Assembly (NCBI GenBank): GCA_946965045.2
Contig: OX337229.1
Location: 5,022,001-5,086,000, forward strand
DNA from: Epithemia pelagica
Taxonomy: Eukaryota > Protista > Bacillariophyta
Direction of reading: 5' to 3'
Length of the DNA: 64,000 bases
Positions 1 to 10,870 of this stretch are shown here, piece by piece. The notes beneath the pieces were generated by a model. That model had not been told where the DNA came from. It searched no databases and saw nothing but the letters and a program-made list of their open reading frames with translations. Within the stretch, counting starts at the first letter, position 1, and each line of letters starts with the position of its first letter. Made by a program: the position numbers and the translations under genes.

Positions 1-1110
1 CGACTGTTTTTGCTGCCGGTGCGGCTTGCCGAAGAATGTCGAAGAGGGTGTCGCGGACCGCGTTTGATAGCGCTGTTTTTGAGGCTTGGTTGCAGTGGAA
101 GAGGTGGTCCCCTTCTTTGTCCAATTCTTTGTTGCAGCGACAACGGCCGCCGACGTCGGAGTGGAAGAGCGGCAACCGCAGTTTCCGCCGTATTGCTGTT
201 CTAAATATTTGGTTGTCGAGTCGAAAGCGTTCGGCTGTGCGTGGTAAGTGAAATGCCATGCTTGTCAGTGGTGACAAGAGTGATGGAAGAAGAACTCGTT
301 CTGTCGGAGTGGTGGTTTCAATGAGTTTTGGAATGACGTGTTCTTGCAGGATGTGGTTGATTTGTCTGTTGTGTGTTGTGTGGTCATACCGTTCGTGCTT
401 GTAGAGAGTTTGGTCGGCGTACTCGTGGGTGAAGAGGGAGAGGCCTCTTCGGAAGGCTATGATGGCTGGATCCTCGCTGTGTTCCCAGTTTTGGTACTGT
501 TGTTGGTGGTGGGTTGGTATGGGGGAATCTTTGGATTGGGCTAGTTGCAGGGCTCGTGCTGTTTGGGTCAAGAGACGGGGGTATGCAGCCGCTGCGGCGT
601 TGTGGTACCCCAATCCTCCGAGTCTGTTGGGGAGGCTCGCTATGAGGGTCGATTGTTCTGTCACGTTGGTTTCGACGGTTGATGTGAGGTTAGCGATGAA
701 CTTGGCAATCAACCGGTTTGTTTTTGTCGTGACTGGACTGTTCCATAGTGTGGATCGCTGGTTGGGGCATGGGTGGGCCTGGACAATGTCTGCTGGGAGC
801 AGGTGCAGAATGGCGGGGATGAAGGAATAGCGGAAGAGGGAGCTTCGGGTTTGGAGGTCGTCCAGTTGGTTTAGTTTGGAAAGGTTGCTCTCCATGTTGT
901 GGAGCCGTTGTTCGATGAATGTTTGCGCAAACGTTGGTGATCCAATGGGTTGTCCCAAGAAACGGGTACCGGTTGTCAGTTCTGCTGCTTTTGGGTCGGT
1001 CGGAGAGAGTAGATGCAGTGCATGCTGGAGGCTCGAACGATGTTGTGGTTGCAGTCGCTCCAGGGGGGACTCGTGGGAGGTAGAGGTCAGTATTTTCTGT
1101 CGAAAAGACG
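1..1110 (-). mobile_element. 5'-truncated non-LTR retrotransposon fragment (RT C-terminal half, thumb and CCHC zinc finger; CRE/R2-like REL-endonuclease type); runs off the left edge
   Basis: Manual minus-strand translation gives an open frame from about 1150 to base 1, absent from the ORF track because it has no stop inside the window. It contains RFLGQPIGSPTFAQTF (RT domain 7-like), LPNRLGGLG (thumb motif) and FRTAIRRKLRLPLF...CRCNKELDKEGDHLFHC...SNAVRDTL (C-x-C...H...C knuckle that precedes the REL nuclease in CRE-type elements). No YxDD region upstream; an in-frame stop lies near 1150. Confidence 0.8.
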
Positions 1111-1433
1111 CGAAAAATCCTGGATGATGCCATTCATGATTGGCACGTCAAACGGGATTAAACATGACATTACCCATATAGTCTAAGGTACCAAAGTAGC
1201 TCAATCACTCCTCTAGGTACTCCTACTCCTCTCTAGGAGTAGTCATCTTTGAAGACATCAGATCGAAGTTAAAACAACAGCGCTATATTGGTGCGATGGT
1301 CTCGCTCTAAATCTTTCATTGTCTCTCCAAGTTCCTTTGCGTATCTCTGGTTGTCTTCAACCACATACAAAATCTACACTTGGTTCGTACGTATCTTGGG
1401 TTGTCCACAACCGGTTTCCCCCATCCGAAGGAC

Positions 1434-2129
1434 TCACTCGTCCTTGGTTTCCTCTGCTTCCTGACCATCCTCTGGAAACCAACGATCCACAATGTTTTCC
1501 TTCACCCAACCAGTTGTGGAAAGAGCCAACCCAACTCTGAGAGGGACGGCAAAACGGGCAAAGTTCACAAAGGCAAAGGCTTCTGCTCCGACACCAGCCA
1601 TGTCATCCTTGTTGTTGAAATCGGGCCAATGTCCGGCAATTTTGTAGTATCCGAAGCATGCGACAGGAAGGGAAACGAGCCAGAATGCCCATTCCCAAAG
1701 GGCATAGGAGATGAAGCCAGCTTTTCCAGACTCTTTAATTTGTTGCAACATTTTCTTGACGCCATTTTCGTCCTCTTCTTCTACATCGTTCTTTTCCTCA
1801 ATCATTTCAAGTTTCATTTCAGGCAATGGTTCTGGTTTAACGGGTTCCATTGGGGCACTTTCCACTGGTTCATCTTCCTTGACTCCATCCCAACGCAACA
1901 AATTTCGAAAAGCTCCAAATACCTTTTTCCTGATCGTTCCTGGGCCTTGACCTTCTTCTGAAACGGAGTTTGCAACCGTTTCGTCCTTTTCAAGCAAAGA
2001 GGATTGCTTCTCATCGACCATAGGTCTGACACTGGTCGAAGACTGCACGAGTCGGATCGGACGGGCAGGAGTGAAGGCATTGCCCGATTCCATCAATGTC
2101 AGGGCAATTAAAATATACTTGATCATCAT
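1434..2129 (-). CDS. Hypothetical plastid-targeted membrane protein (possibly DUF1279/FAM210-like C-terminus)
   Basis: Likely start MMIKYILIALTLMESGNA|FTP, a signal peptide plus ASAFAP-like motif. The C-terminal region is hydrophobic and conserved-looking (AGFISYALWEWAFW...FARFAVPLRVGLALST). The family assignment is tentative. Confidence 0.7.
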   Translation of the reverse strand: MMIKYILIALTLMESGNAFTPARPIRLVQSSTSVRPMVDEKQSSLLEKDETVANSVSEEGQGPGTIRKKVFGAFRNLLRWDGVKEDEPVESAPMEPVKPEPLPEMKLEMIEEKNDVEEEDENGVKKMLQQIKESGKAGFISYALWEWAFWLVSLPVACFGYYKIAGHWPDFNNKDDMAGVGAEAFAFVNFARFAVPLRVGLALSTTGWVKENIVDRWFPEDGQEAEETKDE

Positions 2130-2856
2130 GTTGTATCTGGGTATAGAAGTCGATGTTCGAGTAGATTGGTTTTGTCGTTGTCTTGAATGTTTTGTCGGGG
2201 ATCGGGGATGCAATCGTTTGTCCCGATTGGTTGCGAAGCGAACGAAATTGACAATTGACGATCTTGATTTGCTTTTCTTGCTTGTCTTTTTTCCACTCGT
2301 CGACATGTTGGATGCAACGACACATCCGTCCAGAGATGACGCATGACCCCGTACGACTACGTAAGACGTTTCTATAGGTTAAACAGTAGAGAGTTTGTTA
2401 CGTGGGTCCACGTCATATACTGATTCAGTCATACTGGATTTCTCTGCATTCCGTAGGGTCACTGCGACAGAAGCACCTTCTTGGCCGGCGGCAGGACCCC
2501 GCTTCGCCGGCATAGTTTTCGCGCCAGCCTTCCCCTTCTTTGGGCGTGAAGACACGATCTCAAATCCTGACAACTTTTGGAAGAAAAGACGAGACACAAA
2601 AAAATGATGGGACAAGGACAAGGACATCAACGGGTGGCCGCGATAATTTCTGCAGTAGTGTAGCTTTACATAAGTCCATGGTCGATGGAAGTGCCATCCT
2701 CTGCTGACAAATCTGAACGTTGAATCTCCCATCCGAGATATTCTTCTTCTTTGGTTGGTTCAAAGACATTTGAGACTTGTTGAAGAAGTGATACATTGGA
2801 CGGGTGAACATTCCAAGGTGATCCGTCGCTTGGTGCAACCCAAAGACTTGTTTTAT

Positions 2857-3765
2857 ATGAGAATGTCTCAATCACACCAGCCATCACGTGGACAGGAACC
2901 ATGTCATCTTGATTCCTTGGCTAGTTTGAAGGAATTTATTGTGGGACATGACGCTTTTGAACCATATCCGAAAGATGAAACCATGGGAGGTGGAAAACAT
3001 GCGGCAGCAACGTGCCAAAAGTCACGACCAAGGTCACGTTTGTGTACCTCACATCCGACAGATGCCCTCGACAGAAACACAGATATCAAACAACAAAGGG
3101 CGAATCAAGCTATAGCCGCGCTCGCTGATATGTTCTCTGTAGAACTTGGACCAAGCATTCCTCTCGAACGAATATCCTCTGATGGTGGCGCACGAGCATC
3201 CTCACCACCAGACTCTGGAGACGCGACAGAGGCTTGGTCTCGTCCTCCGTTGCATCCCGATCCATTGCCACGCCATCACCACCATGAACCGTTAAAGTCC
3301 TCTCTCAAGACCCAATCTTCCTTGATTGTTCCAGTGGACCATGATACTACGTCGCGCCGCCGCCAAAGGCGCGTTGTCACCTTTGGAGCACTCAATACAC
3401 GCGTCTATAGTGTTGCCTTGTCCGATCACCCATCTTGCTCGTATGGACCTCCCATTGCACTGGGATGGGAGTATCAGGACGAGGGTACCGTGGACGTGGA
3501 GGACTATGAACAACAAAGACTGCCGCGGCGCAAGCTGGACCAATTGGTGCTTTCCTGTCAAACGCGCATGCATATGTTGGTCAAACGAGGGGGCTATTCC
3601 ACTGCGGAGCTTCGCGAGGCCATGCTGGAAAGCGACCGAGTCAAGCGTGAACGACTGTTTACCGATATTTTTTCACCCGCGACCAGTTTCGTGGATGAAG
3701 CCTTGGAAAACTTGATTCATCGGCTCCAGTGCTTTTGGCAAAAACCTCCTAGGTTGCTATCATAG
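2857..3765 (+). CDS. Hypothetical protein of a diatom-expanded family (RVxF-like motif, CSRNP_N-like domain)
   Basis: Single-exon ORF with C-terminal block RRVVTFGALNTRVYSVALSDHPSCSYGPPIALGWEY...VEDYEQQRLPRR...R...L...GYS. The start codon is uncertain (ORF track start 2755). Confidence 0.65.
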   Translation: MRMSQSHQPSRGQEPCHLDSLASLKEFIVGHDAFEPYPKDETMGGGKHAAATCQKSRPRSRLCTSHPTDALDRNTDIKQQRANQAIAALADMFSVELGPSIPLERISSDGGARASSPPDSGDATEAWSRPPLHPDPLPRHHHHEPLKSSLKTQSSLIVPVDHDTTSRRRQRRVVTFGALNTRVYSVALSDHPSCSYGPPIALGWEYQDEGTVDVEDYEQQRLPRRKLDQLVLSCQTRMHMLVKRGGYSTAELREAMLESDRVKRERLFTDIFSPATSFVDEALENLIHRLQCFWQKPPRLLS

Positions 3766-3892
3766 CAGTTCTGGTGCACCAGTCACTCCTATAGTAGTTG
3801 ACAAGCATTTATAGAGAAGAGATTATTCATACGTTGCGAAACACTAACGTTTACCAAAGAAGCTCATGTCGTGTAGTCTCTCAACAGAATGG

Positions 3893-5230
3893 TTAACGAC
3901 GATAGGCCAACAATTCTCGGGGCTCCAGAGTCGAAGGATCCTTGTACTGGATAGCCGTCATGCCGCTTCCATCCAAATGACAGTTTGACCCGTCTTCGTT
4001 GCAAGGAAAGTTTTGGACGGTGAAGGAATCCAACGTAGCCCAGGCCACTTCAGACTCAATTCCCAACGCGTTCTTCCCCATGACAATGCGGAAATATCCC
4101 ATTTCTCCCCAATACTGACCTGTTGGTGCAAGACATGTCCATGTAATACAAACAAGTGTGAGACACGATGGTGAGTTGGTCATTTGCCATTTTTCGAATG
4201 GACATGTGTGTGTGTCACTCACCCCACGAGTTGCGGACAATCCAATATTCTTCATTGGTATCCGGATCGAGGCCCCATCCTACAATGGCAACGACATGGT
4301 TGACCATCATGTGCCAAAATTTGGTATCGTACACAACACCACCCGGATACTCCACAATGGGTTCGGCATTGACACCCGTCGCCACCGGTCCACGGGCATA
4401 AATTTCCGCCTTGATCTTGTCCGCCACGGCCCCAAACCCATCGGTAAAGTACGAGTACGTTCCATATTCGGCAATGGAGGCATTGGGAAAAATTTCCACC
4501 GCGTAGCAATTGCCGGAATGGTCACATGTGCGACACGTATTGAGTGGTGTACAGGTCGTGTCCAAATGCTTGCAAAATCCGTCGGTGGATTCGGAACTAC
4601 AAGCGACGTAGGGCATGCATGTTTCGTACGGAACGAATTCGTTTTGATGAATAAATTCATAGACTCCGGTATGGCTTCCTCCGTGACAGGAACCGGCGAC
4701 GGATCCGGCACAATTGAGTATGTATTGAATGGACAAGTTGATCTCATCGTTTTCCATGGTAGTGGTGGCGGCGGCACCATTCTTCTTGTCGCTGGTGTGT
4801 CCATGATGGCTGTGCACCGCGTTTTCGTAACGAGCAATTTTGATGCGATCGGATAAGGAACTAATGGCACCGTGCGCCCAACACGACCCGCAGTACTGGG
4901 GAATGTGCTGGTTGAGGCTGTGTGTCAACAAGGACGTTCCATTAAAGTCACCCCAGGAGAAGCTTTCGGGTAAATCTTCCGGTTTCAAGTACGTGTAGGG
5001 AAGAGGAGATTTGTAATTGTTTCGAACTTTGTGGCCCTCCAATACCTACGAGAAATGGAGCAAGAACATTGAGTCAAAACTGAACATGTGAACTGATATG
5101 CAATTGTGAATTTGATTTACCAACGCAGTCCGCAGAAACGTACCACATACTCGCTCCTCTTCTCAGCCCCTACACGAATCAAAGTGGATAAGGCAAAAAT
5201 GTAGAATAGTGTAACCGGCAACATTGTCAT
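3893..5230 (-). CDS. Cathepsin X/Z-like papain-family (C1A) cysteine protease, 3 exons (5230-5144, 5045-4223, 4119-3893)
   Basis: NQHIPQYCGSCWAHG (the HIP insertion is diagnostic of cathepsin X/Z), VNHVVAIVGWG and WIVRNSWG-QYWGEMGYFRI. GT-AG introns at 5046-5143 and 4120-4222 restore the frame. Signal peptide MTMLPVTLFYIFALSTLIRVGA. Confidence 0.93.
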
Positions 5231-5441
5231 TTTGCTTTGATACAACATATATGGGAAAAATATCCAAATCAGAACATTGCGACTCGGTCGCGGAACGTAT
5301 GCATGACGATCTTACCCAAACGTGCGCGTGGGTAGATCGTCCCATTAAATTATATCGTCTCTTTGTGTATCATCTCTAGGATCTTTGCAATATAGACGAG
5401 GTCCTTTTGTTGTGCGTCCTTCTTTTGACTTGCTCAGCAAC

Positions 5442-6797
5442 ATGGCTCCACCACAGCAAGCTGGAAAATTCAAGCCTCGCAAACCCGTCAAGAAAATACG
5501 GGTGGGTGCTGCTTCGGCCAACACAAATACATCCGGCGGTGATGCACCGGCTCCGACCACGGTGCGATCGTCTTCCGCATCGCGTGGCGCAGGGGGACGA
5601 GGTGGTCGATCAGGACGAGGAGGAGGACGAGGTCGCGAGGGTGGTGGTCGTGGTGGTGGTCGAGGTGGTCGAGGGATTCCAGTGCAACAGGGACAAGCGT
5701 TTTTTGTGGCAGCTCCCGCACCTAGCAAACAAGGTAGTGGCGGCACTAAATCATCAACGACCAAGGATGCCGCCAATCGAACCGCGGCCGCTGTGGCTCG
5801 ACGACTGCAAGCTTCGGCGGCAGGACGAGGTGCTGGCGGTGGTGGCCTACCACCGGGAGGAGACTCGGGACCACAAGAAGAAATTGTTGGTATGATGGAC
5901 GAGGCGATTGGAACTGCCGTTCCGGATGGGGCCAAAAGTAGCCGAGCGGGAAGTGGCCGGTTCTCCTCCTCCAACGAGGCCCCCAACGAACAACTAGGCA
6001 GTAACGCCAAAACTCTTAAGTTTGTAGATGATGAAACAGGCTACACCTATGATTCCGATTCCAGTCAAGAAGAGCGAAATCGAAAAAAGAAAAACCGAGG
6101 ATTCCCTTCACCATCTGTGACCATGCCGGAACAAGAACCTCTCCAATTACCTTTTCCACCTTCACAAAAGCCGATTGGTATTGGCAGTCACCGTGCTGTT
6201 TCATCAAACACAATCCCTGCCTTGGATAGCATGCAAACTGACGACGACTTGGCATCGCCGTCTTCTCATCCATCAATGCCCCTCTCGTCCATCACCCACG
6301 ATCCGTCTGTGCCGTCTCCGTTTGCGGATGTGAACCAGCACAGTGCCTATGAATTTGAAAAGGATTCCTGGTTCCTTGTACAACTTCCAACCCGTTTGCC
6401 TCCTCTTCGATCGTCCATGGTGGAACAAGATGGCCCTCCGGAACCGGGAGACGACGATGGTACGACGCTGCCCACCCACGCCGATCAAACCACGACTTTG
6501 CAAGAAACAGCCAAAATAGACACTGCCGAAGTTGCGACTCCACCGGTTCGGGTCGAGTGCTTTGACAATGCCATGACATCGGCCATTCCGGGACGAATGG
6601 GGAAAATCAGAGTGCATCAAAGCGGGAAGACAGTTTTGGTTCTCACCGCAACCGATGGAAGCGAAACGCTTTTCAACGTCACCGAAGGGTTGACTTGCGC
6701 TTTTCAACAGCAAGCAGCGATCATTGATACCGAAAAGTCAAGCTTAATACAGTTGGGAACAGTTGGAAAAACACTCGTGGTCACGCCAGACCTATAA
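5442..6797 (+). CDS. RPC4: RNA polymerase III subunit RPC4/C53 (POLR3D-like)
   Basis: N-terminal KFKPRK motif, RGG-rich and low-complexity middle, and C-terminal Rpc4 domain WFLVQLPTRLP...GRMGKIRVHQSGKTVLVL...FNVTEG...LGTVGKTLVVTPD. Confidence 0.85.
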   Translation: MAPPQQAGKFKPRKPVKKIRVGAASANTNTSGGDAPAPTTVRSSSASRGAGGRGGRSGRGGGRGREGGGRGGGRGGRGIPVQQGQAFFVAAPAPSKQGSGGTKSSTTKDAANRTAAAVARRLQASAAGRGAGGGGLPPGGDSGPQEEIVGMMDEAIGTAVPDGAKSSRAGSGRFSSSNEAPNEQLGSNAKTLKFVDDETGYTYDSDSSQEERNRKKKNRGFPSPSVTMPEQEPLQLPFPPSQKPIGIGSHRAVSSNTIPALDSMQTDDDLASPSSHPSMPLSSITHDPSVPSPFADVNQHSAYEFEKDSWFLVQLPTRLPPLRSSMVEQDGPPEPGDDDGTTLPTHADQTTTLQETAKIDTAEVATPPVRVECFDNAMTSAIPGRMGKIRVHQSGKTVLVLTATDGSETLFNVTEGLTCAFQQQAAIIDTEKSSLIQLGTVGKTLVVTPDL

Positions 6798-6869
6798 CAA
6801 GACGATTTCACTTGTCATGGCAACGAAAGTGATGGATGGTGGCAAAAGGCATGTTTCCTTATCCTCTAT

Positions 6870-9800
6870 TTAGTTAGCAAAGAATTTGGAGCTTTCTGCG
6901 ACAGACCGTGTTGAGTCCGGAATTTCAATCACTTCGAAGTCGATCCCATCGTCATATTCGTCAGTTGGGTCCTTTGTATTCTTACTATCAAGGCTGCCAT
7001 TTGGCTTGGGTTGTTGGGCAGTTTTGCTATCATTCGTTTTTGCACGCTTTACTGGACGGTTCAAATATTCTTCTAGGCCTCTGGTCTCAATAAAATTTTT
7101 CACAATTCGAACAAGACGTTCTCCATATTCCAGAAGGATATTTTCTCCCAGATCTCCAGTTGCTTTAAGTTCCTCGAGCGTTGTTGGAGGTTGTGCTGCA
7201 ATTCTTTTCATCGCATCGTTCGACAAAATATGCCAATAATACGAAGACTTGCCCATCATCCTTTCCTCCTCGGACCAGTTCGTAACAATCTTCTTTATCC
7301 TATCCACAAGATCCTTGGTAGCTTCCTCTGGAAGAACCGAAGGCGATGCAGTTTTGGTAGATATCGACGGCTTGGTCGATCTTATGAATTCGTCGTCGGA
7401 TGGATCCGATTCGTCCACGCCTAAGATTGGCGGAGAGACGACCCCAGCCTTACGTCGAACACCTTTCTTTTTCGTAGTTGCTGTATTTTCTTTGTTTCCA
7501 GAGCTCTTCTTTGTCTTGTTTTCTTTCCCGGAATGAACTTGTTGTTGAGCTGTTTCTTTTGGAAAGTCCACATAAAATTTTCGTTGCCCGGATAAGACCG
7601 CCCCAGCACTCTCGCCGAGATTGACATAATCAGAAGCAAATCCCTGATTGTTTTGTACACTAGATTCGACCAGTATTCGTTCAAAAATAAGTGTGTGGAC
7701 AATGCGGTCTATTTCGTGCCTCTTCAAGTTCTTTCCTCCTCCGTATCCCTTTACCTTTGACAGATCGATGAATTTAGTAGCCGATTTGCTCTTGGATCCC
7801 CGGAATAACTCACTTAGTTGCGTTAGTGTGACACCATTCCGCCTCTGCTTCTGCAAATCAGAGAGCAGGCCCAATATCGAAGTCGCAACAACACTCATAT
7901 CCCTTCTCTCGGGGGTTCTACCTGCTCGGCAGTTATCACAAGTTTGCCCACAGTTTGATCGGTCGAAGCGTTCTCCGAAGAATTCCAGTTGCATCGTTCT
8001 TCGACAGCGAAAAGAATCTTCACAGTAGCGAACGCAAGAGTACAGTTGATCCACTTGACGGCGAACGGCCGGTCCATTGGGATTGTTAGCATTCTTCACT
8101 ATCAGGTTCTCCAATATGTTCTTGTCCTTGTATTGATAATACATGATACAGTCGGCCTGATCTCCATCGCGACCTGCCCGACCACTTTCTTGATAGTAAT
8201 GTGTGATCGACTTTGGCATGGAATAGTGAATGACATAGCGTACATCAGGTTTGTCAATTCCCATACCGAACGCCACAGTTGCACAAAGAACGCTGACTTT
8301 GCCGATACTCCATTCTCTATGACGTCTCTCCCTTTCATTTGTGTCTACTTCTGCATGGTAGAACGAAACTCTCACATGGCTACAGCCAGGTTTCTCCCGG
8401 ACTTTCTGTTCAAGCTGTCCGGCTAATTTTTCACAATCTTTTCTGCTCAAGCAATAGACAACACCCGAATCTTTGGGACGTTTTGATATGTACTCAGCTA
8501 TGGCATCAATCGTCTTGGAATCTTTCTTTCGGACTTCGTAGTGCAAGTTGGCTCGATTGAATGACGACTTGTATCTATACTCATTTCTCATGCCCAATGC
8601 ACGAATGGCATCGTTGACAACCTTCTCATTTGCCGTCGCTGTCAATGCCATTAATGGGACATTCGGGTACTCCCTTCGAAGCATATCAAGTCGCATGTAG
8701 TCCACACGGAAATCGTGACCCCAGTCACTGAGGCAGTGAGCTTCGTCCACAACGAATCTACTGATGAGTCGTTTGTCTGCTAACCTGCGTATGAGTGACT
8801 GCATCTGAGTCGAGTTGGTAAGCTTCTCTGGTGTAATATAGAGCATTTTTATTCCACCGTGAGGAGAGGCTTCATTCAATCGACGGACTATTTCAACTTG
8901 CTCTGTTTGATAGTCCTGAGAAGAGGCAAGAAAAACAGAGTCGATCCCCAGTTTTAACAGTGATTGAACTTGATCTTGGATGAGAGACAAAAGCGGTGAA
9001 ATAACAATTGTGAGACCCGGGCAGCACCAGGCTGGGAGTTGGTAGCACAGGGATTTCCCTCCCCCAGTAGGCATCAACACAAAAACGTCCTGTCCTTGAA
9101 TTGCTCGTTGGATTATTTCTCTTTGCCCTGGTCGAAACTCGCGATGACCAAACTTTCGTCTATTTTCCGAGACCATATCTTTGACGTCATTGAGATCATA
9201 TGCAGAATCTCCATAACTTCCGCCTGAGGTATGGCGATTACCCTCCATTCCATCCACCCACTGGAAAAAGTCACATTGCTGATCATTTGGAAGGGAGCAT
9301 TTGTAAAATTGTCGACCAGCGTTCGCGGAAGTGTTTGCAGTGAGCATAGCGCATGGAACATTGTGTCCTGGACACAAGGGAACCCAAGTAGAGTCTGCGC
9401 CGTTCTGAAACATGGTGTTTGCCTGCATGAAATCGTTCGAGCATGTTTCGGATGGATTGAATACGGTTGATCCACCATTCATTTCGCTTGAACGATGTAT
9501 TGTGTCTCCAGTAGATTGCCAGCTGTCAACCGATGGTCGAGGCATAGAAGCGGAGTCCATCGTACTGTCCATATCATATTGGTAGTTGTCAGTTCCCGAA
9601 CCACTAGGACGAGACTGGTCATTGTTGCTTGTCCAGTTCTCACCGTAGTCAAAACCAGAAAACCCTCCACGTGAGTGCGCTTGCGGCAAATTCCTCGACG
9701 TCACTTGAGATGCTCCAGAATTTATGTCACGTTGACGATTGGAAACCATCTCATCGACATCGACGCTCGCAAAAAGGGCGTCGAGGTCGTCGTCGTCGTT

Positions 9801-10424
9801 GGCAGGATTGTCATAATCCAAAAATGGAGTTGGCGCTTCAGAAGCAGCTGGTCGCATCGCTGCTTGTTGCGGTTGCACCGATTGAGAACGACCGTCACCA
9901 AACTGGTTCTTTTCCATGGGAGGAGCTTGTTCCCTGCCATACACCTTTGTGACGCAACTAGGAGATTTCTGGGAAGACGAAGTATATTGGTCATATTGAA
10001 CGTTTTGTCGGTTCCGAGTCTGATGTGATGGTGGTAAAGCCTGGGAGATTTGAATCGCAGAACTACCTTGTGGAGTGGGGGTTTGATTCAATGATTCTTG
10101 TGCCGAGAAAGAGCTGGAACGAATTGGTTCAGGAGATTTTTCGCGTGGCAACGCGAGACGCTGTTGGAACTGGCCAGCGGTGGACTGAACCTCATCTCTG
10201 ACTCTTTCAAGTGAAAATTTTCTTGATCTCTTTATTGATTCTTCTTTGTAGAAATGAAAGCATGCGTTTGGTCGACGGCGGAGTCGTCTCCAGCGTTGTT
10301 CGGCGAGGACAGCGCCACGTTCTTGGACGGCGTACTCAAATCCTGCAGCCAAGCCAACCTTGGGATTCTTGTCACGCTCTGCTTTGTCGATTTGTTCTCG
10401 TGAATATTTTAAATTGTTCTTCAT
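6870..10424 (-). CDS. RecQ-family DNA helicase (BLM/Sgs1-like) with N-terminal GRF zinc finger, RQC and HRDC domains
   Basis: Motifs [62 protein letters not shown] and [15 protein letters not shown] zinc site CRR...[12 protein letters not shown]-like [21 protein letters not shown]. zf-GRF CPGH...NAGRQFYKC...QCDFFQWVD. The 5' end is uncertain. Confidence 0.95.
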   Translation of the reverse strand: MKNNLKYSREQIDKAERDKNPKVGLAAGFEYAVQERGAVLAEQRWRRLRRRPNACFHFYKEESIKRSRKFSLERVRDEVQSTAGQFQQRLALPREKSPEPIRSSSFSAQESLNQTPTPQGSSAIQISQALPPSHQTRNRQNVQYDQYTSSSQKSPSCVTKVYGREQAPPMEKNQFGDGRSQSVQPQQAAMRPAASEAPTPFLDYDNPANDDDDLDALFASVDVDEMVSNRQRDINSGASQVTSRNLPQAHSRGGFSGFDYGENWTSNNDQSRPSGSGTDNYQYDMDSTMDSASMPRPSVDSWQSTGDTIHRSSEMNGGSTVFNPSETCSNDFMQANTMFQNGADSTWVPLCPGHNVPCAMLTANTSANAGRQFYKCSLPNDQQCDFFQWVDGMEGNRHTSGGSYGDSAYDLNDVKDMVSENRRKFGHREFRPGQREIIQRAIQGQDVFVLMPTGGGKSLCYQLPAWCCPGLTIVISPLLSLIQDQVQSLLKLGIDSVFLASSQDYQTEQVEIVRRLNEASPHGGIKMLYITPEKLTNSTQMQSLIRRLADKRLISRFVVDEAHCLSDWGHDFRVDYMRLDMLRREYPNVPLMALTATANEKVVNDAIRALGMRNEYRYKSSFNRANLHYEVRKKDSKTIDAIAEYISKRPKDSGVVYCLSRKDCEKLAGQLEQKVREKPGCSHVRVSFYHAEVDTNERERRHREWSIGKVSVLCATVAFGMGIDKPDVRYVIHYSMPKSITHYYQESGRAGRDGDQADCIMYYQYKDKNILENLIVKNANNPNGPAVRRQVDQLYSCVRYCEDSFRCRRTMQLEFFGERFDRSNCGQTCDNCRAGRTPERRDMSVVATSILGLLSDLQKQRRNGVTLTQLSELFRGSKSKSATKFIDLSKVKGYGGGKNLKRHEIDRIVHTLIFERILVESSVQNNQGFASDYVNLGESAGAVLSGQRKFYVDFPKETAQQQVHSGKENKTKKSSGNKENTATTKKKGVRRKAGVVSPPILGVDESDPSDDEFIRSTKPSISTKTASPSVLPEEATKDLVDRIKKIVTNWSEEERMMGKSSYYWHILSNDAMKRIAAQPPTTLEELKATGDLGENILLEYGERLVRIVKNFIETRGLEEYLNRPVKRAKTNDSKTAQQPKPNGSLDSKNTKDPTDEYDDGIDFEVIEIPDSTRSVAESSKFFAN

Positions 10425-10870
10425 CTTACGTTGTATATCTTTGTAGATGGAAAGGTCTTCATTACCGTCAAACCGTGTGTACCACCAAGAAGGATGCCAT
10501 CACCATTGTCGATCGTCGCTCACAAATTTTGAGACGGTAGAGAGTGCGCCATTTTGGAAAGCATGGCCGGATTGTCATGTGCGATAAAATTAGCTGGTAT
10601 TGGTGTCTGTCCGTTGCCCGAGCATCAAAATAGGAGTAGGTAGACTATGGAGGTCGCCTTTTGCTCCATTATCCAGTTTAGGCAATGTAGTTAACTTTTG
10701 TCCTCCCGCTGTTATTGTTATCGCCAGACCTCTTGCAACAACTGAAGAGTGACTGATACTTCGCCCGAACGTGTCGTCTCATTTACGCCATCCTCAGATT
10801 GGACTGGCCGATGAATCCTAACTCAAGAGAGATTATGACTACGACAGTTCATCTTACCGTACGACCTGTT

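Noticed and set aside
429-1133. ORFs 429-830 (+), 690-1133 (-) and 876-1127 (+)
   Set aside because: Shadow frames of the non-LTR retrotransposon RT frame.
2130-2306. N-terminal extension of the 290-aa ORF
   Set aside because: The signal peptide begins at 2129; the upstream part looks like 5' UTR read-through.
4132-4208. ACATGTCCAT...ATGGACATGT inverted repeat in the cathepsin intron
   Set aside because: Only 10 bp with no TSD or other copy; not enough to call an element.
4158-6010. Long antisense ORFs (4158-4856, 5345-6010)
   Set aside because: They lie opposite well-supported genes and have no domain features.
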